Of a stretch of DNA of 64,000 nt, positions 13,148 to 26,600 are shown in pieces. A model generated the notes under the pieces. It had not been told where the DNA came from, did not search any database, and saw only the letters and a program-made list of their open reading frames with translations. Origin of the DNA: Perna viridis (taxonomy: Eukaryota); assembly GCA_037379345.1 (NCBI GenBank), contig CM074518.1, positions 16,120,001-16,184,000 on the forward strand, read 5' to 3'. Numbering within the stretch: position 1 is the stretch's first letter; each line of letters opens with the position of its first letter. The position numbers and the translations under genes are program-made.

Positions 13148-13557
13148 GATCATTATTTTTTCGAAATTCATCGTAATTGAAACGCATATTTTTATTTCTA
13201 TATTGTCGTGCACATTGTAATATTTTGTTATTTTTAAATGCTAAGAACAATTAGGTGGATTAAAACAATAAAATATAAGAGATTCCTTTTGTATTTTGTT
13301 CATTTAATCTTGTTTTCAGTGTTTTCAATTTTTTTTTCTAATTCTGTGTCTAGCTTGATATCTAATTTCGGCACATTTTCAAACATATATTTTTCCCCTA
13401 TGATATCATAGAAGTTGAATGGAAATCATATGATGTCGACACTATATAGAATTATTCGATAAATTATCCTCTCACTTCGATCAATAACAACGTTTATATG
13501 ACCGATTATGAAATGTAATTGCTTAAAAATAAGTTACAAAAACCTTTTTTACAATAC

Positions 13558-13771
13558 CAGATGTATGTGAACGCTTTTCCAAATCCACAACTGTCATGTT
13601 CAGTTTTGCAACTAAATCAAGAAGCAATTTGTTCTGCTGCTCTAAATGGGCCAAACGAACGGCGACATCAGGGTCGTTCAACAATAGTCTTCTTTCTTTC
13701 TGATCACCTTCTCCACTTGTTTGTGAACAGGAAATAGAAAATATCCACAACAGTTTCAACAGAATTTCCAT
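13558..13771 (-). CDS. Exon 1 of short-chain collagen C4-like protein (signal peptide, RRLLLNDPD, coiled coil)
   Basis: MEILLKLLWIFSISCSQTSG..ERRLLLNDPDVAVRLAHLEQQNKLLLDLVAKLNMTVVDLEK..HTS, then phase-1 donor G|GTATTG. The three exons total 214+72+479=765 nt, an uninterrupted 254-aa ORF. Confidence 0.85.
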
Positions 13772-13844
13772 TATGGTGACAATTTAGAGTATATAAAGTT
13801 CAACTGTGTTATCAGATATATTATGACCATGACATTCAATGTGA

Positions 13845-13905
13845 CACCTATATATAAACATCTTACTAAATGACGTTATGACTTTGTTCTCTGTCGCCAC
13901 GTCAA
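13845..13905 (-). promoter_or_regulatory. Putative core promoter: TATA box with CRE-like TGACG half-sites
   Basis: TATATATAG on the minus strand about 80 bp upstream of the ATG; TGACGT at about 13871 and ACGTCA at about 13899. Confidence 0.5.
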
Positions 13906-14811
13906 TACAAGATTTGCTTATAATCAAAAAGTACATTCTAAACATTTAACAAAAAACTTATTAATTTAAAAAAAAATAGAAATGTAGTATTAGATAATTA
14001 AAATAAAGAACAAATAAGTGACACTATTTTCCACTGCACTCACGTTAATAAACATAATCCTTACGCTATAATGAACGATTCAATGGTACATTGTGGCATT
14101 ACAGGCGCATATAAAACGCATTATTTCATATTAGACAAGAATAAGCTTTTATTATTGATAAAAACATGGTCATGATGTATTAATTTGTGTGAGTGAAATA
14201 TCACACGATAATGCCCTCTTCGTCATTGAAATAAACACAATAGTTGCTTTTAAAAAGTGCAGAATCGGTGTTATTCGTATCAAATATCTGGAAGTGATCT
14301 GGACAAGTTTACACCTTTATCAACTGGTTTGTGGCCCGTCGTCGACGGCAACATAATCGACATCAGCCCATTTTCAGTCGGTAAAGACAGTAATGTTCGG
14401 GAAATTAATCAAATAATTTTCTTGCAAAACAAGAATAAGCATTACAAAATAATTTGAAAATGTTCAAGACTGTTCGTGTTCAAAGGATTCAAATACATGT
14501 ATGAGATAAAAAGATTATGATATTGCATGTCTTCCCGTGCATCAATCCACGATCAATTTCAGTCAAAAAGTAGAGCCCACGGGCTTGATATAGAAAATAA
14601 ACAGATATGGTAAAACGCAACAAATGCGCAATCTTCTAACCCTTACAAAAATAGTGAGTAATTACAGAGAACACAAAAATGCATCCAATGAATGTAAATA
14701 CACCTTTAAGTAAACTCTGAAAGCCATCGACAACAAAAGTTATAAAATCCGAGGTAACAAAACGATGCCATTTGTTCCAAAGATGTAAAAATAGTGATTT
14801 AGAGATAAACT

Positions 14812-15488
14812 CGAGATAAAGGATACTTGAAAGAGACAGTGAAATCAGCCTCATATCTTGACCTACACTTAGAAATCGATGGTACAGAAAACTATTGACC
14901 AAACTTTACGACAATAGTGATGACTTTTTCATTCAGAATTGTCAACTTTCCTTTCATCTGTGGAAACATCCTATCAGCACCTGCGTATGGAGTGTTCCTA
15001 TCACTACTCATACGTTATGCCAGAGCTTGTCGAAACTACGCAGACTTTTTGTATCGCACTAGTATTCTAACAAATATGCTTCTGGAACAGGGTTATGTTG
15101 CTACAAGATTAAAGTCATCACTACAAAAGTTTTATGGTCGTCATTATGAACTCGTGAATCGTTACGGTGTATCCATGTACGTCAACTGATATGTTCAACG
15201 TGTCATAGTTTTCCTTTCCTCGTTTGTCTACCCCGGACTTGACTTTTTATGAGCAAATCGGAGGGAGTTTCTAGAGAAACAGAGGACGTTTACCATACCG
15301 ATACACGTGGTCCATGCTCCTAGTTTTTAATGGAGTCCGTGTTACGCATTTGCTTTTGTTACTTTGTATGTATGATTTCAGTTACTTTATGTTCTTTTTT
15401 GTGTATGTCTGTTTTCCATGTCTGGTTTTTGTCCCTGGATTACATTTTTTGATTATCGCTATGAACTTGGTTCCCTTGATTACTCTTT
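14812..15488 (+). mobile_element. 5'-truncated Naiad-type PLE, family 1
   Basis: Frameshifted EIKD..SASYLDLHLEID..KLYD..FSFRIVNFPFICGNILSAPAYGV, then the 3' UTR ending TTGGTTCCCTTGATTACTCTTTC. Confidence 0.9.
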
Positions 15489-16794
15489 CAAGTAAACTAA
15501 AAGTCAAAAATCGACACGAAGACATGTTAATGACTCAACATTTGACTGTGGACAGGCATATGTCTGCGATGGGGTTAAACGAGTTTTATAAGGCCTTATA
15601 AATAATTTTACTTTTATGAGAATACCGTTCTATCTTTGTATCTCATAATTTTGAAACAATATGGATTGCACCTGTAAATTTTTCATTATAAGTTATATTT
15701 CAAAGAAAATCTTCCGGAAACAATTTCGTTCCCTGCCTTATTTATCTTGAGTTATTAACTGTGACCTTTATAAACGGTGGATGTGAAACATTTTCTATTA
15801 GCAGGAATCAGTCAATTACTCCTTCCAAAAATATTGGTAAATTGTAATGGATTATTCAAACGCTTTTAACAAAACCAATATAAATTAGATAAATAAAAAC
15901 AATAACACTTTTTCAAAATACAATTATTTCGAATGAACAATTTTAACCTCTTAACGATTCATTCTTTGCGTTCCATAAACCGGTACGAATAGAACGACAA
16001 AAAGTAAAAAAAATATCTATTGGAAACACGTACTGTGTATACAAGAGAAAATGTTTTTTTTTTCTAATTTGACAATCTTTTAATTAATAATTGAATTGTG
16101 TGTTTTATATTGTGGTGAAATATCAAAATTGCATTAATCGTGACGATGAATCTAAGTGCTCCGTATTTATAACTGGGTGACATTCTAAATATCTTCTGTT
16201 TTCGAACAAAGAAAGTTTGAAATATATCATCAGGTAATATATATTTCAACTCTTTTTCAGTTCTTTGAACGACAGATCGACCAAAACGTATTTCCTTTAA
16301 TCGTTATTAACTCGTTTGTTCTCAGCCTTATCTTTACAAACATGGAAAACTGAATTTATTCATTCTGGTAATCAATGATAGAGCGTTTTAAGGAAGCGAT
16401 TGATTTTAAATTAAAAAAAAATGGCATAAGTAATAATAATTGTAAATTGCCAAGGGTTTCGGTAAGACTATTCTCATATTAAAGACGTAAAATTTGAAAA
16501 TATCCATGCGCTTTTTAAAGGCTAAATGAATTCACAAACATATTCTATTGTGAAATCTAATTAACATTATAAAGGAACTAAAATTAATGTACAGAACGGA
16601 GTAGTCAACGCCAATATATGCAAAATTAATTAACCCAGTTTTAAAGTAAATACTACAATAGCAATAACATTTTACACCAAATGAGTACAATGTATCCTTT
16701 ATATTGAGGTTTCAATTTAAACCACAAACATACAAAAATGTAAAATAATAAAAAACGAACATTAGTAAGGCTGTTTGTACCTTTCTTAATTTCT

Positions 16795-17170
16795 TACAAT
16801 TAGGCTTCAGGGTTATATTGCTACAAAATTTGAGTCATCACTACAGGTATTTTACGGTCGCCATCATGAATTACGGTGTATCCATCTGCCCCACGAGAAC
16901 CGATTTGTTCATCGTGTTATAGTTTCTTTCCTCTTTTGTCTAAACAGCCAATATATTTTATAAGCAATTCGTTGGGTGTTTCTAGAAAAGCAGATGTCGC
17001 TCCTTACCTGTCCGTGCTTCCACATTTTGATGGAGTCCGAGTTGCTCATTTTCCATTGTTTCTTTGTGTTGTTTTGGTTATTGCATGTTGTTTGTTGTGT
17101 GTGTCTGTTTTTCTTGTATTGTCTATAATCTGTGATTATATTCTTCTGCTTTCTGTGCAAATTTTTAATG
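16795..17170 (+). mobile_element. Older, diverged PLE family-1 3' fragment
   Basis: CAGGGTTATATTGCTACAA..TCATCACTACAG..TTACGGTGTATCCATCTGC plus a diverged UTR motif. Confidence 0.8.
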
Positions 17171-18439
17171 TGACAAAAATTTAGTTCAAGTGAAAACAAA
17201 ATTATTCAGTTCCAACGAAAAATTAAAAAAAATATGTTTTATTTTATAATAAAATTCACGATCCCAGCTTCAATTAACTTGGCTCTCCTCCCGTCTAGTG
17301 CTTTCCGCCTATGACACCAACATTATACTTTGATCTAACTGTCTTTTATTTTTATCATGTTTTATTGTATATTTATATTTAGTTCATGTTTTACCTCTGA
17401 TATGTGACTCCTTTTAACTTCTTTATATTTTATAATTCTTAAAATACCTATAGTTTAAGACATTTCAAAATGTTGACTCCAGTCAAGGTCGTCACTAGGC
17501 TTTCGCTTTGGTTAAATAATTATTTCTGTCATGTAATCCCCATCACGAAAGGTGTAGAATATATTATATTTATATGTGTAGCCAGTATTTTCTTGCTTAT
17601 CATCTGCTTAGAATATTGAATCGGACTATAGTATTAATGAATACGATTATTCTACTTGAGGCAAATAAGTCAAGTCTTTGCATTTTGTATGAAAATTATT
17701 GTAAACCTAAAGAAAAGACATACTCTTTACTCCTAACTAATAACAAAAACACTACACTGTATCTCCCGATTATTACACAAATTAACTGAACTCGGCAAGG
17801 ACTTTCTATATTGAAATTTACAAATTCACCTACATTCTAACTGACCAAATTTTCAGAAAGTAAAATCGTAAAGAAACACAAACTTCTTGCTACCTTTTTT
17901 ACAAGTTGAGTCAAACAGCACGAAAGTTCTTACTATGTAGTGTGTACTATGTACTGTTTTTGGTCCCCATAAAATATTGTGGGACCATTTTTAAGGATAA
18001 GCCTATAATGATACTCCACTGATATTCCAAGTATTCCTTGGACAATACGTTTACAGAAATTAAATATATATAGGTATCATCATGTAGCCCAATGTCTCAG
18101 CCTTCTAACCATATCAAACAAATTACAATAACATTTAGGTTTGTAGAGTAAAAGGAAACATAATTACCCATACCCAACAGAATAATCGGTTAAATTGATT
18201 TTGTAATGTAAAACCCCTAGAATATTTATGTCTTAATAAAAAATTGCTTATATGGTATGCCTTGTTTAGAACTATCACAGTGGATACTACCGGACTTCTT
18301 TTTGTGACTTGTGGCGATTTCTTTAGTATCAAAAATGGTAAGAAATCGGATTTTCAATTTTCCTATAAAAATGCATGAATTCGACTCCTTAGTTATTGCT
18401 CAAACAAGTTGGTCAAATTTGGTATAATTTGTTAATTGA

Positions 18440-20345
18440 TTCAATTTTCTACATAATAAAACCATTTAAAAAGGATGGAAAGCAAGTTAGTTCAAAATCA
18501 CCTATTCTCGTAGTGGCATTAATCTTATGTGGATACTTAAAAATTCTAAAGATTCACTTTAAAACCTAAAATCCACAGCTTTCCGGAAATAGTTCTCTCA
18601 AAACTTTTGACTTCTCAACTCTTTACACTACGTTGCCACATGATAAACTGTAATGTCGTTTGAAAGATCGTTTTCGTGATTCGTTTGCTGATTCGAAAAA
18701 AAGCATGTTGTTTTTAGTTACAAATGCAAATTACAAATTTCTAAAACATCACAGAAAGGTAAAAAGTATTACACAGAAAAGTATGTATGATAAAATATTT
18801 ACCACATTTGGAGGAGATATTTTTCAACAACAAGTTGGCATTCTAATGGGCACTATTTGTGCTTCTTTCAAAGCCGATTTGTTTTCGTATTAATACGAGA
18901 TTAACTTTCTTCAGAATCTCGTAAAGAATAAAAATATGAAAGATGTTAAATCCTTTTGGTAAATGTTATCATCATATATCCACCAGGAGGGGCCGTGCAC
19001 CTCTTATAGCGCATCTTTCTGTGCTGTTTCTAATCACAGTTTATGGCTAGAATAAATGAAAGCCTTTCCAAACAACATTTGGTAGAAAAATAAAACAAAA
19101 AATACCTTCAGATATTTGGACGATATTTTGGCTCTTCACAACGACATCTTTAATATTGTTATAGAAGATATATACCGCAGAACATAACAAATACCGATAG
19201 TAAAAATGTTCGTTTCTTGATATTAGTATTCATATCAATAATGGTAAACTAAGTACTTAAATTTACTATGTAAGGGATTTTCATTCTCAATTCTTAACTA
19301 TCCGTTTTAATACGGTATGGTCCCATTGGCACCATCACATAGTGTTTACATATCATTATTATTTCGACTTGTTTGCATTTGTAACAATGTTTCGGATTTT
19401 AACGAACAAAATCTTTATATAACCGATACAAGGAACTCATTCTCAACTACAGATGTACTTGTAAACGATTAAAACATTCGGATTTACCCCACCCTAAATT
19501 ATATGGTAATATTCTTCACAAAGTACAGAAAGCTCAATTCTCACCCAGTAAGTTTACAAAACCGCTGAATAGATTTATTTGGAACGAATATAGTTACATA
19601 TGATATTTTTGCAAAGTGTTAAATATACCATTTGTTGGTGTTAACATTGATTCATTCATAGGATCTTTACATAAAAACTAACATTCTATATTTAAAAGCA
19701 GTTTCTGGTATGACATAGTTTGTACCTTTATTGTATGACTTATGATAAACCTTAATTCTCAACTCTACATGGAAATAGTTTGGATCGATATTGCAGAGAA
19801 TAAGGACACATTTTTCGTAGATTTGAACTGGTATAAATCTCGCGCGTCAGTAAACTGCTAGTAGTCCTTTGTTTGTGCGATTGTGTAACGTATACACATG
19901 TAATCGGTTCTTTTAATTTCAAAAAAGGAATGATTTTTAGGTGAGCTTAATTGTGTAATATTTGCTCCACAGTGACCAAATCTAATAAGAGGAGGGTTGT
20001 GATCACGCCAAAGTACTTTAACGTGCCTCATGTATTGCTCCTGTCCTAAGTCAGGAAAGTATGGCCTCGGTATGACTTCTAACCTTTTTACCTTCATTAT
20101 TCTTTAATGTTGCTGGAGTCTATAAGGGCAACTATTTCGTTTTTGTTTTTTTTTTTTTTATTTTTTTATTTTTTTTTTTTTTTTTTTTTTTTTTTGTCAG
20201 CTGCAGCAGCCTGTCCGTAACATGAGGGTTTCTTTTATGTTAATTGAAAACCCATGGGTGACCTTAAGCTGACATTTTTTTCATCCCAAGGGGGGAGGGG
20301 GTTGCTGTCTCGTCTACATATTCATCATATCCATGTTACTAATTT
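18440..20345 (+). mobile_element. Degenerate Naiad-type PLE, second family (RT pseudogene plus long 3' UTR)
   Basis: Broken translations WILKNSKD, TFDFSTLYTTLPHDKL, GGDIFQQQVGILMGTICA..ADLF, TFRYLDDILAL, NYPF..VPLAPS..VYIS, ending GSLHKN* at about 19681. The 3' UTR differs from family 1. Confidence 0.85.
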
Positions 20346-22239
20346 TGGTATGTTATTATATATTTCTTTCCATTTAAGTTCAAATTTAGTACATAACTGA
20401 AAATCACAATCGGCATATTTATATAATCCGTCTATTCCATGAATATCGCCCATGTTGTAGTTTGAATTACAAGGCAATAGCTTCTATAAGTGAGTCTGTA
20501 TAACGTAAAATTTCACTTACACTAGAATCATTGTCTTTTTTAATTGAATAACATTTTGTATCGATTCAAAGAGAATTCTTTTGAGACACATTGTCACATT
20601 AAACATCAACACAACTTTCACGTATTATGTTATCTCGTATAATGTGACAACTTGTCCCATGGGGACAATTTGAATTCGTTTGCTTTTCAATTAAATAGTT
20701 TCTAGAAAATGAGCAACCTAGAAAAGTTTTGCAATATTAACAAGCTAATAAATGGATGATCTTAAATGCGTTAGATAGAAAGGTTGTTTCATTAGTTTAT
20801 AGAATAATCATAAAACAATGCAAAATCAATTATTCTTTAATCAGATTATGGAAAAAGCGTGTTATCCGACTACAAACACATTGTTAAGTGCTTTCTAACA
20901 AATATGGGGTATTGTAACAAAACGTTGCACATGTAAGTGAAGTTTAATTTTGCAGCTCCTAATTTATAAATCTGGATAATTTTTAGGGAGCCACACATAT
21001 TTCATAAATACCAACATTTCAAAGGGAAAAGTATTAACAGCAAGACCACAGCACACAATAAATTTAAATTGAACGGGGACATTATAAATCTCCTGTGTTT
21101 CGCATATATGGCTTACCAGATTGAATTGTTATTAACACCTCTTTGTTGATTTGCATTAAGTCATTATATGAATAACTGTTGAAAGAAGACATTGATCGTA
21201 TTTTGAAACTAAACCATTAGCAGTCCAGAACCTTCGAGTCAACAATCTATAGTTTCAATTGTGACTGTACAATGCATGATCATCATAGATGCCTGAATCT
21301 GATACATTTTCTGTTTCTTGCAAATGATCCTATCAGTAAAAAATTATACACTGACAATGTTTCGAGTTTTTGGCAGACATGTTGGAACCAGTTTATGATC
21401 TTTAGCTTCAGGACATTAATACAGAACATTTTCTGTTAAGGGAATATACGTCAACTTGAAACAGAATTAAACGTTTGAAGTAACTTCATTAGAGTCTTAT
21501 TTCCAACACAAATACAGACAAATATTTCATGACTGCGTGAATTTTATTCATGCCGTTCTAATGGATCATTCTCAACATGAAATTTCCTATAAATGTATTT
21601 CTGCATTCCTTTATGTCACTTTAAATATGTGATTATCCCGTTTGAACTTGTTCATCGATTGTTAGATTCAGAATTGCTGTAAGTATATGGTGTCGAACCG
21701 AAGGTATATAAAATGGATACATGTACCAAATTACCAAGACTACAATGACGATTGAACATGTAATAAATTGTGTGCTGAAAATTTTGAAAAGAACGAAGCT
21801 TATACATTGACTGTTCGCTACGAACCGTTCGTGTAAGTTTGTTTATTAAGCGTTAAGCTTCAATCTTTATTATCAATTACTTTATGTAATTGCTTTTTTT
21901 ACCGTGAAGCGTTTATGAAAAAAAAATTCTACACAACATGTATCATGAATACATTATATTAGCGTTCTTTTTTAAACATGCGTTTTATATTTGATGCGAT
22001 AAACCAAAAAGTAGGAGCAGATAAAATTTGTGAAACATCAAGTTTTCAAGCAAAACGAAATATATTTTCCAACGTTAGATGACACACGCCTGATCAAACC
22101 CGCTATGAATCTGTGCATGAGGAATATATACAAGTTATATCCAATGTTTTATGAGAATCATTCAAATCAGATAATCGTATTTTTATTGATGATAATGAAC
22201 ATATTTTTCACTTTGGTTTGAAATGGCCAAATCAGTATA

Positions 22240-22360
22240 GGCAGGGGACGCTAATTCTACCGGTACACCTTGTCCATTCTTCCAGTGTTTAGTGGAGTCT
22301 GTGTTGCTCATTTACTTTTGTTACTTTCGATTTTTTATTTTGATTAGTTTATTTTCTTAG
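22240..22360 (+). mobile_element. PLE family-1 3' UTR fragment
   Basis: GCAGGGGACGCT..CTACCGGTACACC..GTCCAT..TTTAGTGGAGTC..GTTGCTCATTT. Confidence 0.75.
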
Positions 22361-25300
22361 TTCATAGTTCAAATCGATTTGCAAGTCCATAATGGTATCT
22401 TTAAAAGAAGTCCGTTCTTAACTAGATATAGGCAATACATAAGATGGTGGCAATCATCTGAGCATGACAAGGTTATACAAATAAAAATTGACTGTGAATA
22501 GCTAAGCAAAACCGAGCACTGAATCGACGATTGCTAGCTGGGATAATTCACCATTGATTTTCACCGTGATATTGCATCATTTTATGGAATTGCTGTGCAT
22601 AGTGTTAGATTTTAAAATTTATAATGTATGAAGAAAGAACAGTTATGTAGACTAAAAAATTTTGTATTTTTATTTTGTATTTTTTTTTGTATTTTCACAT
22701 TCGTTTGATTCTTATTTTTTTTTTTTTTTGTATTTTTCACATGCGTTTGATTCTTATTTTTTTTTTTGTATTTTCGTTTTGTGTCTGCTTATATTTTTAC
22801 TACTTTTGTTTTACTTCTGTGTGTAATTTGACGTCAAATTGCAAGGCAAACTTTAAAACATATATTAGTGTCATTTGATATGATGTCAACATTGTAAAAT
22901 TTTGAAATTAACTTTTATCTTAGTTCCATAACAACGTTTATATGATCGATTTAGCAATGGAGTATATTAGAGAGACAAAAACGGCTACAGCTGCAAATTT
23001 GACCGAGATCTGACAAGACATACAGAGTATGTTCACCACTGATAACATTGGATGCTTTAAATTCCTCTTGGTAAAATATATAATGGGCGAGAGAGAAATC
23101 AGAGTCACGCACCCGAAATACCCCATCCCATCACCATCTAGAGCAAAAACAGAAGTGCAGCAAACCATACGCATGTAACTTTTCATCAATTATTTAATTA
23201 CAGCAACATTTTTATAAACAATTACCTTGGAATCTCAAACTGCGAACAGAAAAAAACTGGTCACTCATGGTGTATATAAGATGACATCATTTAATTTCAA
23301 AGCGTGCACGGATACGTACTACGTAGTTAATTACGACTTGGGGCCATTGTCATCTCAACGAGCGAGTCGATACTAACTATCTATCTAAAGGTGGGAGGGG
23401 ACTTCCTGAGGTGGTGTATCTGCAGACGAATATAATATATGAAATTTCATAAAATCCGAACGAGATCATGAATCAGCAATTACATTAATCGACCTGGAAT
23501 ATACTCTGCCTTGAGCTAGATGGCACCATTGTTCCAACAAGAGATAAAGATCTAGCTGATTTAATTGACTTTTTGTTTACTAAAACATCACCTGTTTGAT
23601 TGTATATATAAAGCACATTGTTTTCATTTTGCAGAAAGATTTCGCATACATATATTGCCATAGAAAATAATTCCAAAAGTAAAATATCCTTTAAAATGTC
23701 AATTCGCATCAAACGTTCGGGTCATACGGCCTTTATAATTACATACGTGTTGGTGTTATTTAAAGAATGATGACGTCACTGTAAAATAGGTAAACAATTT
23801 TAACCCTTTTCCGGATTTCAAATTAAGAAAAACGAACAATAGATAGCAATGTTTAGCTTCAATATAATTATTTTATATTTTACAGATAAACCTTATTGTA
23901 CGTATGTGTTTTAAGGAAGTATACTTCATTTCTCGACAGCATTATACCTTCTACTATTAATGAATTGCCTTATACCATAACATTTACAGGGACTATGTTG
24001 AGTATTGTAGTTATACAATTTAATGTAAATGTATAATGTACGTGTTTCTAATATGACGCCTTCATATCGTCAAACAGTATAAGTCGGTACAACCCCACCT
24101 TAAGCACCTGCGCACTGTCTCTTTTCTTTCGCTGTCGCTTCGAGACAAAACACTCATTTAAAAATGTTTACGCGATGATTTTACGGTTGAGAGGTTACCT
24201 AATTGAAATCAAGTATATAAATGCACACATTTAACACATACGATGACACAAAATCCATACGGGAGGAGGGGGGTTAAACGGAACAGTCGTTATTTTGGCT
24301 ACGCCTACGAACATTTTTGTTATAAAAATTACCGGATTTGTCATATTAGGAAAGGAATAATTCCTTCCTCGCTGTCGCTTGGTGTTATATAATCGAATAT
24401 AAATGCTGTACCCATGCTAAAATCAGTACAAATCTACCCCTTCCACGAATTACTTCGTAAATGACGTATCTTAAGTAGCAACTCGCTAGTGTGGGATAAC
24501 TATGTATTTATGCCAATGTTATGAGGTTTCAAACGCAAAAAATTATACTATTTTTATTACTTTATATGGCTTACATAAACTGAAAATCTGGATATGTTTC
24601 CTTCTACGATTTTAGATTTTACAAAGAGGTTCCTCAGACTACAAGTATTACTTTAGATTGAACTGAATGTCTTGTTACATTGAAGCTAATAGTCGTTTTG
24701 CTGATATATTGTATATTTGTTTGTATTGACTTTCAACTTCACAATCACCAAGAGTTCGTGTTTGATGATTATTTATATTGTCAGAAATAACTTAACTCCT
24801 TTTGACAAAATGGATCGGTCGGAGTCTCCATTGGTCTTGAAATGTTATTGACTGCTCTTGTTACTTTTTCATGATTTGTTATATCAAAGACAATTTATAG
24901 GAAACAATTTCTTTCACTGTCTTATCTGTCGTGAGTATTCGAACTATGGCCTTTATAAACGGTAAGTTGCTGTTATACTATTTTACAGGAATCAGCCAAT
25001 TTCTCCTTGCTAACAATCAGATAAATTGTAATGGAATTATAAAAAGTTATTACTAATACCAAATCAATGAAGTTCATACGTGCTTTTCAGGAAGTAAATA
25101 CAAGATAATAGCGTTTTTTTTTCCAAAGTACAATTATTTTGAAAGAAGTCCTCGTTGTTTACAAATACTTTTTGCGTTTTATAAACTGGTGTATATTGCA
25201 ACAATGTTCATTAGGGAAGAAAAAATCATTTTAGCTGTGTAGCAAAAACCTTTCAATCTGGAAAATTATTAAATTAAAGTGTAATTTACGTGATTTATCA

Positions 25301-25399
25301 GTCATGACATGACGATGACTATTAGGGATCCGTATTTATACCGACCCAAACAAATTATACACCAATATTATTGTAAAAAAACGGAACAAATGATGAATA

Positions 25400-26165
25400 A
25401 AAATATATAGTATTTGGTGGAATCTCCATACTTTGTAAAAAATAACGATTCCAAAGCATCTTCTAAATACACCGGAGAGAAGTCAAAATGGTGGACTCAA
25501 AAAAAAAAAAAGAGGACAATGCAGACACTATGAAGTCAGTCTCATATCAAAACCTACAGTTAGAGATCGATGAAAAAGGGAAAACACATGACCGAATTAT
25601 ATGACGACAAAGGCAATGACATCTCATTTCGTACTGTCAACTTTCCTTTCATCTGTGGCTATATCTCCCTTCAGCACGTGCGTATTGAGTTTTTATATCA
25701 CAACTCATTTATTATACCGGAGCTTGCAAAAACTAGGCGAACTTTTTGTACCGAGCTAGACTTCATACAATTAGATTTCTGGAACAGGATGATATTGCTA
25801 CAAGATTACAGTCATCACTAGAGTAGTTATCATGGATCGTTATTGCGTATCAATTTGTTCTATGAGGACCAATTTGTTTAACGTGTCAGTCTTCTTTTTT
25901 TCTTTCTTCCATCCCGAACGTGATATTGTATGAGCAACTCGATGGATATTTACAGACAAACAGAGGATGTTTACCTTACCGGTGTATCTGGTCTATGCTG
26001 CATATTTTAAGTGGAGTCCAGTTTGCTCATTTACTTTGGTTTCTGTGTCGTGTTGTTTTGGTTATTTCATGTTCTTTATTGTATGTGTCGATTTACCTTG
26101 CCTAGTTGGTATCCTTTGAATATATTCTTTTGATTTCGCTAGAATCTTGGTTTGTCTGATTGTTT
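25400..26165 (+). mobile_element. Older degenerate Naiad-type PLE copy
   Basis: YFVKNNDSKASSKYTGE.., GCAGACACTATGAAGTCAG, ELYDDKGNDISFRTVNFPFICG, and a diverged UTR (ATGAGCAACTCG..). Confidence 0.8.
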
Positions 26166-26287
26166 TATAACTTAGGGTAAAACTATAAATTTGTTCAATT
26201 TATGAACAAGGAAAACTTAAATATATCATTTCCAATTCCTTGAACGAAAAATCGTCCTACACGGATATGTCCATACTAGGGTAAAAT

Positions 26288-26600
26288 GCCACACATGTGT
26301 CACGCATGTACTTTAAAACACATGTGAAACAGGTGTATCACATGCGTATTACGCATGTTTCTTGCCACACACGGGAAACATGCCTGGCACACATGCGTTT
26401 ACATGCGTGTCATACACATGCGAAACACATGTGCCGGAAAACTCATGTATCAAGCATGTGTTTGGAATACGCATGTGACACTTGCGAAATGTACATGTGT
26501 TACACATGTGTTTGGAAACGCATGTAATACATGCTAAATTTACATGTGTAGTTTACATGTGTTGCATATGTGACATGTGCTTTAATGCATACATGAGTGC
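26288..26600. repeat. Subterminal CACATG/CATGTG array (left; mirror array at about 33890-34065)
   Basis: Dense short repeats in both orientations; these generate the spurious ORFs at 26297 and 26355. Confidence 0.85.

Larger units (their letters stand above)
15600..22450 (+). repeat. Copy 1 of triplicated non-coding segment
   Basis: Collinear landmarks shared with 24800-39050 and/or 42600-46760: CCTTTATAAACGGT..CAGGAATCAG, AGCCTTATC..ACAAACATG..TGAATTT..TCATTCT, GAGACACATTGTCAC, CCAGATT(G/A)AAT, TTGCAAGTCCA. Confidence 0.8.

Noticed and set aside
20597-20702. Minus-strand reading NYLIEKQTNSNCPHGTSCHIIRDNIIRESCVDV* as a Cys-rich peptide exon
   Set aside because: Copies 2 and 3 have frame-breaking indels and in-frame stops just upstream, so the conservation is at the nucleotide level.
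26288-26600. CRISPR-like array
   Set aside because: No constant repeat-spacer periodicity, eukaryotic context, and no cas genes.
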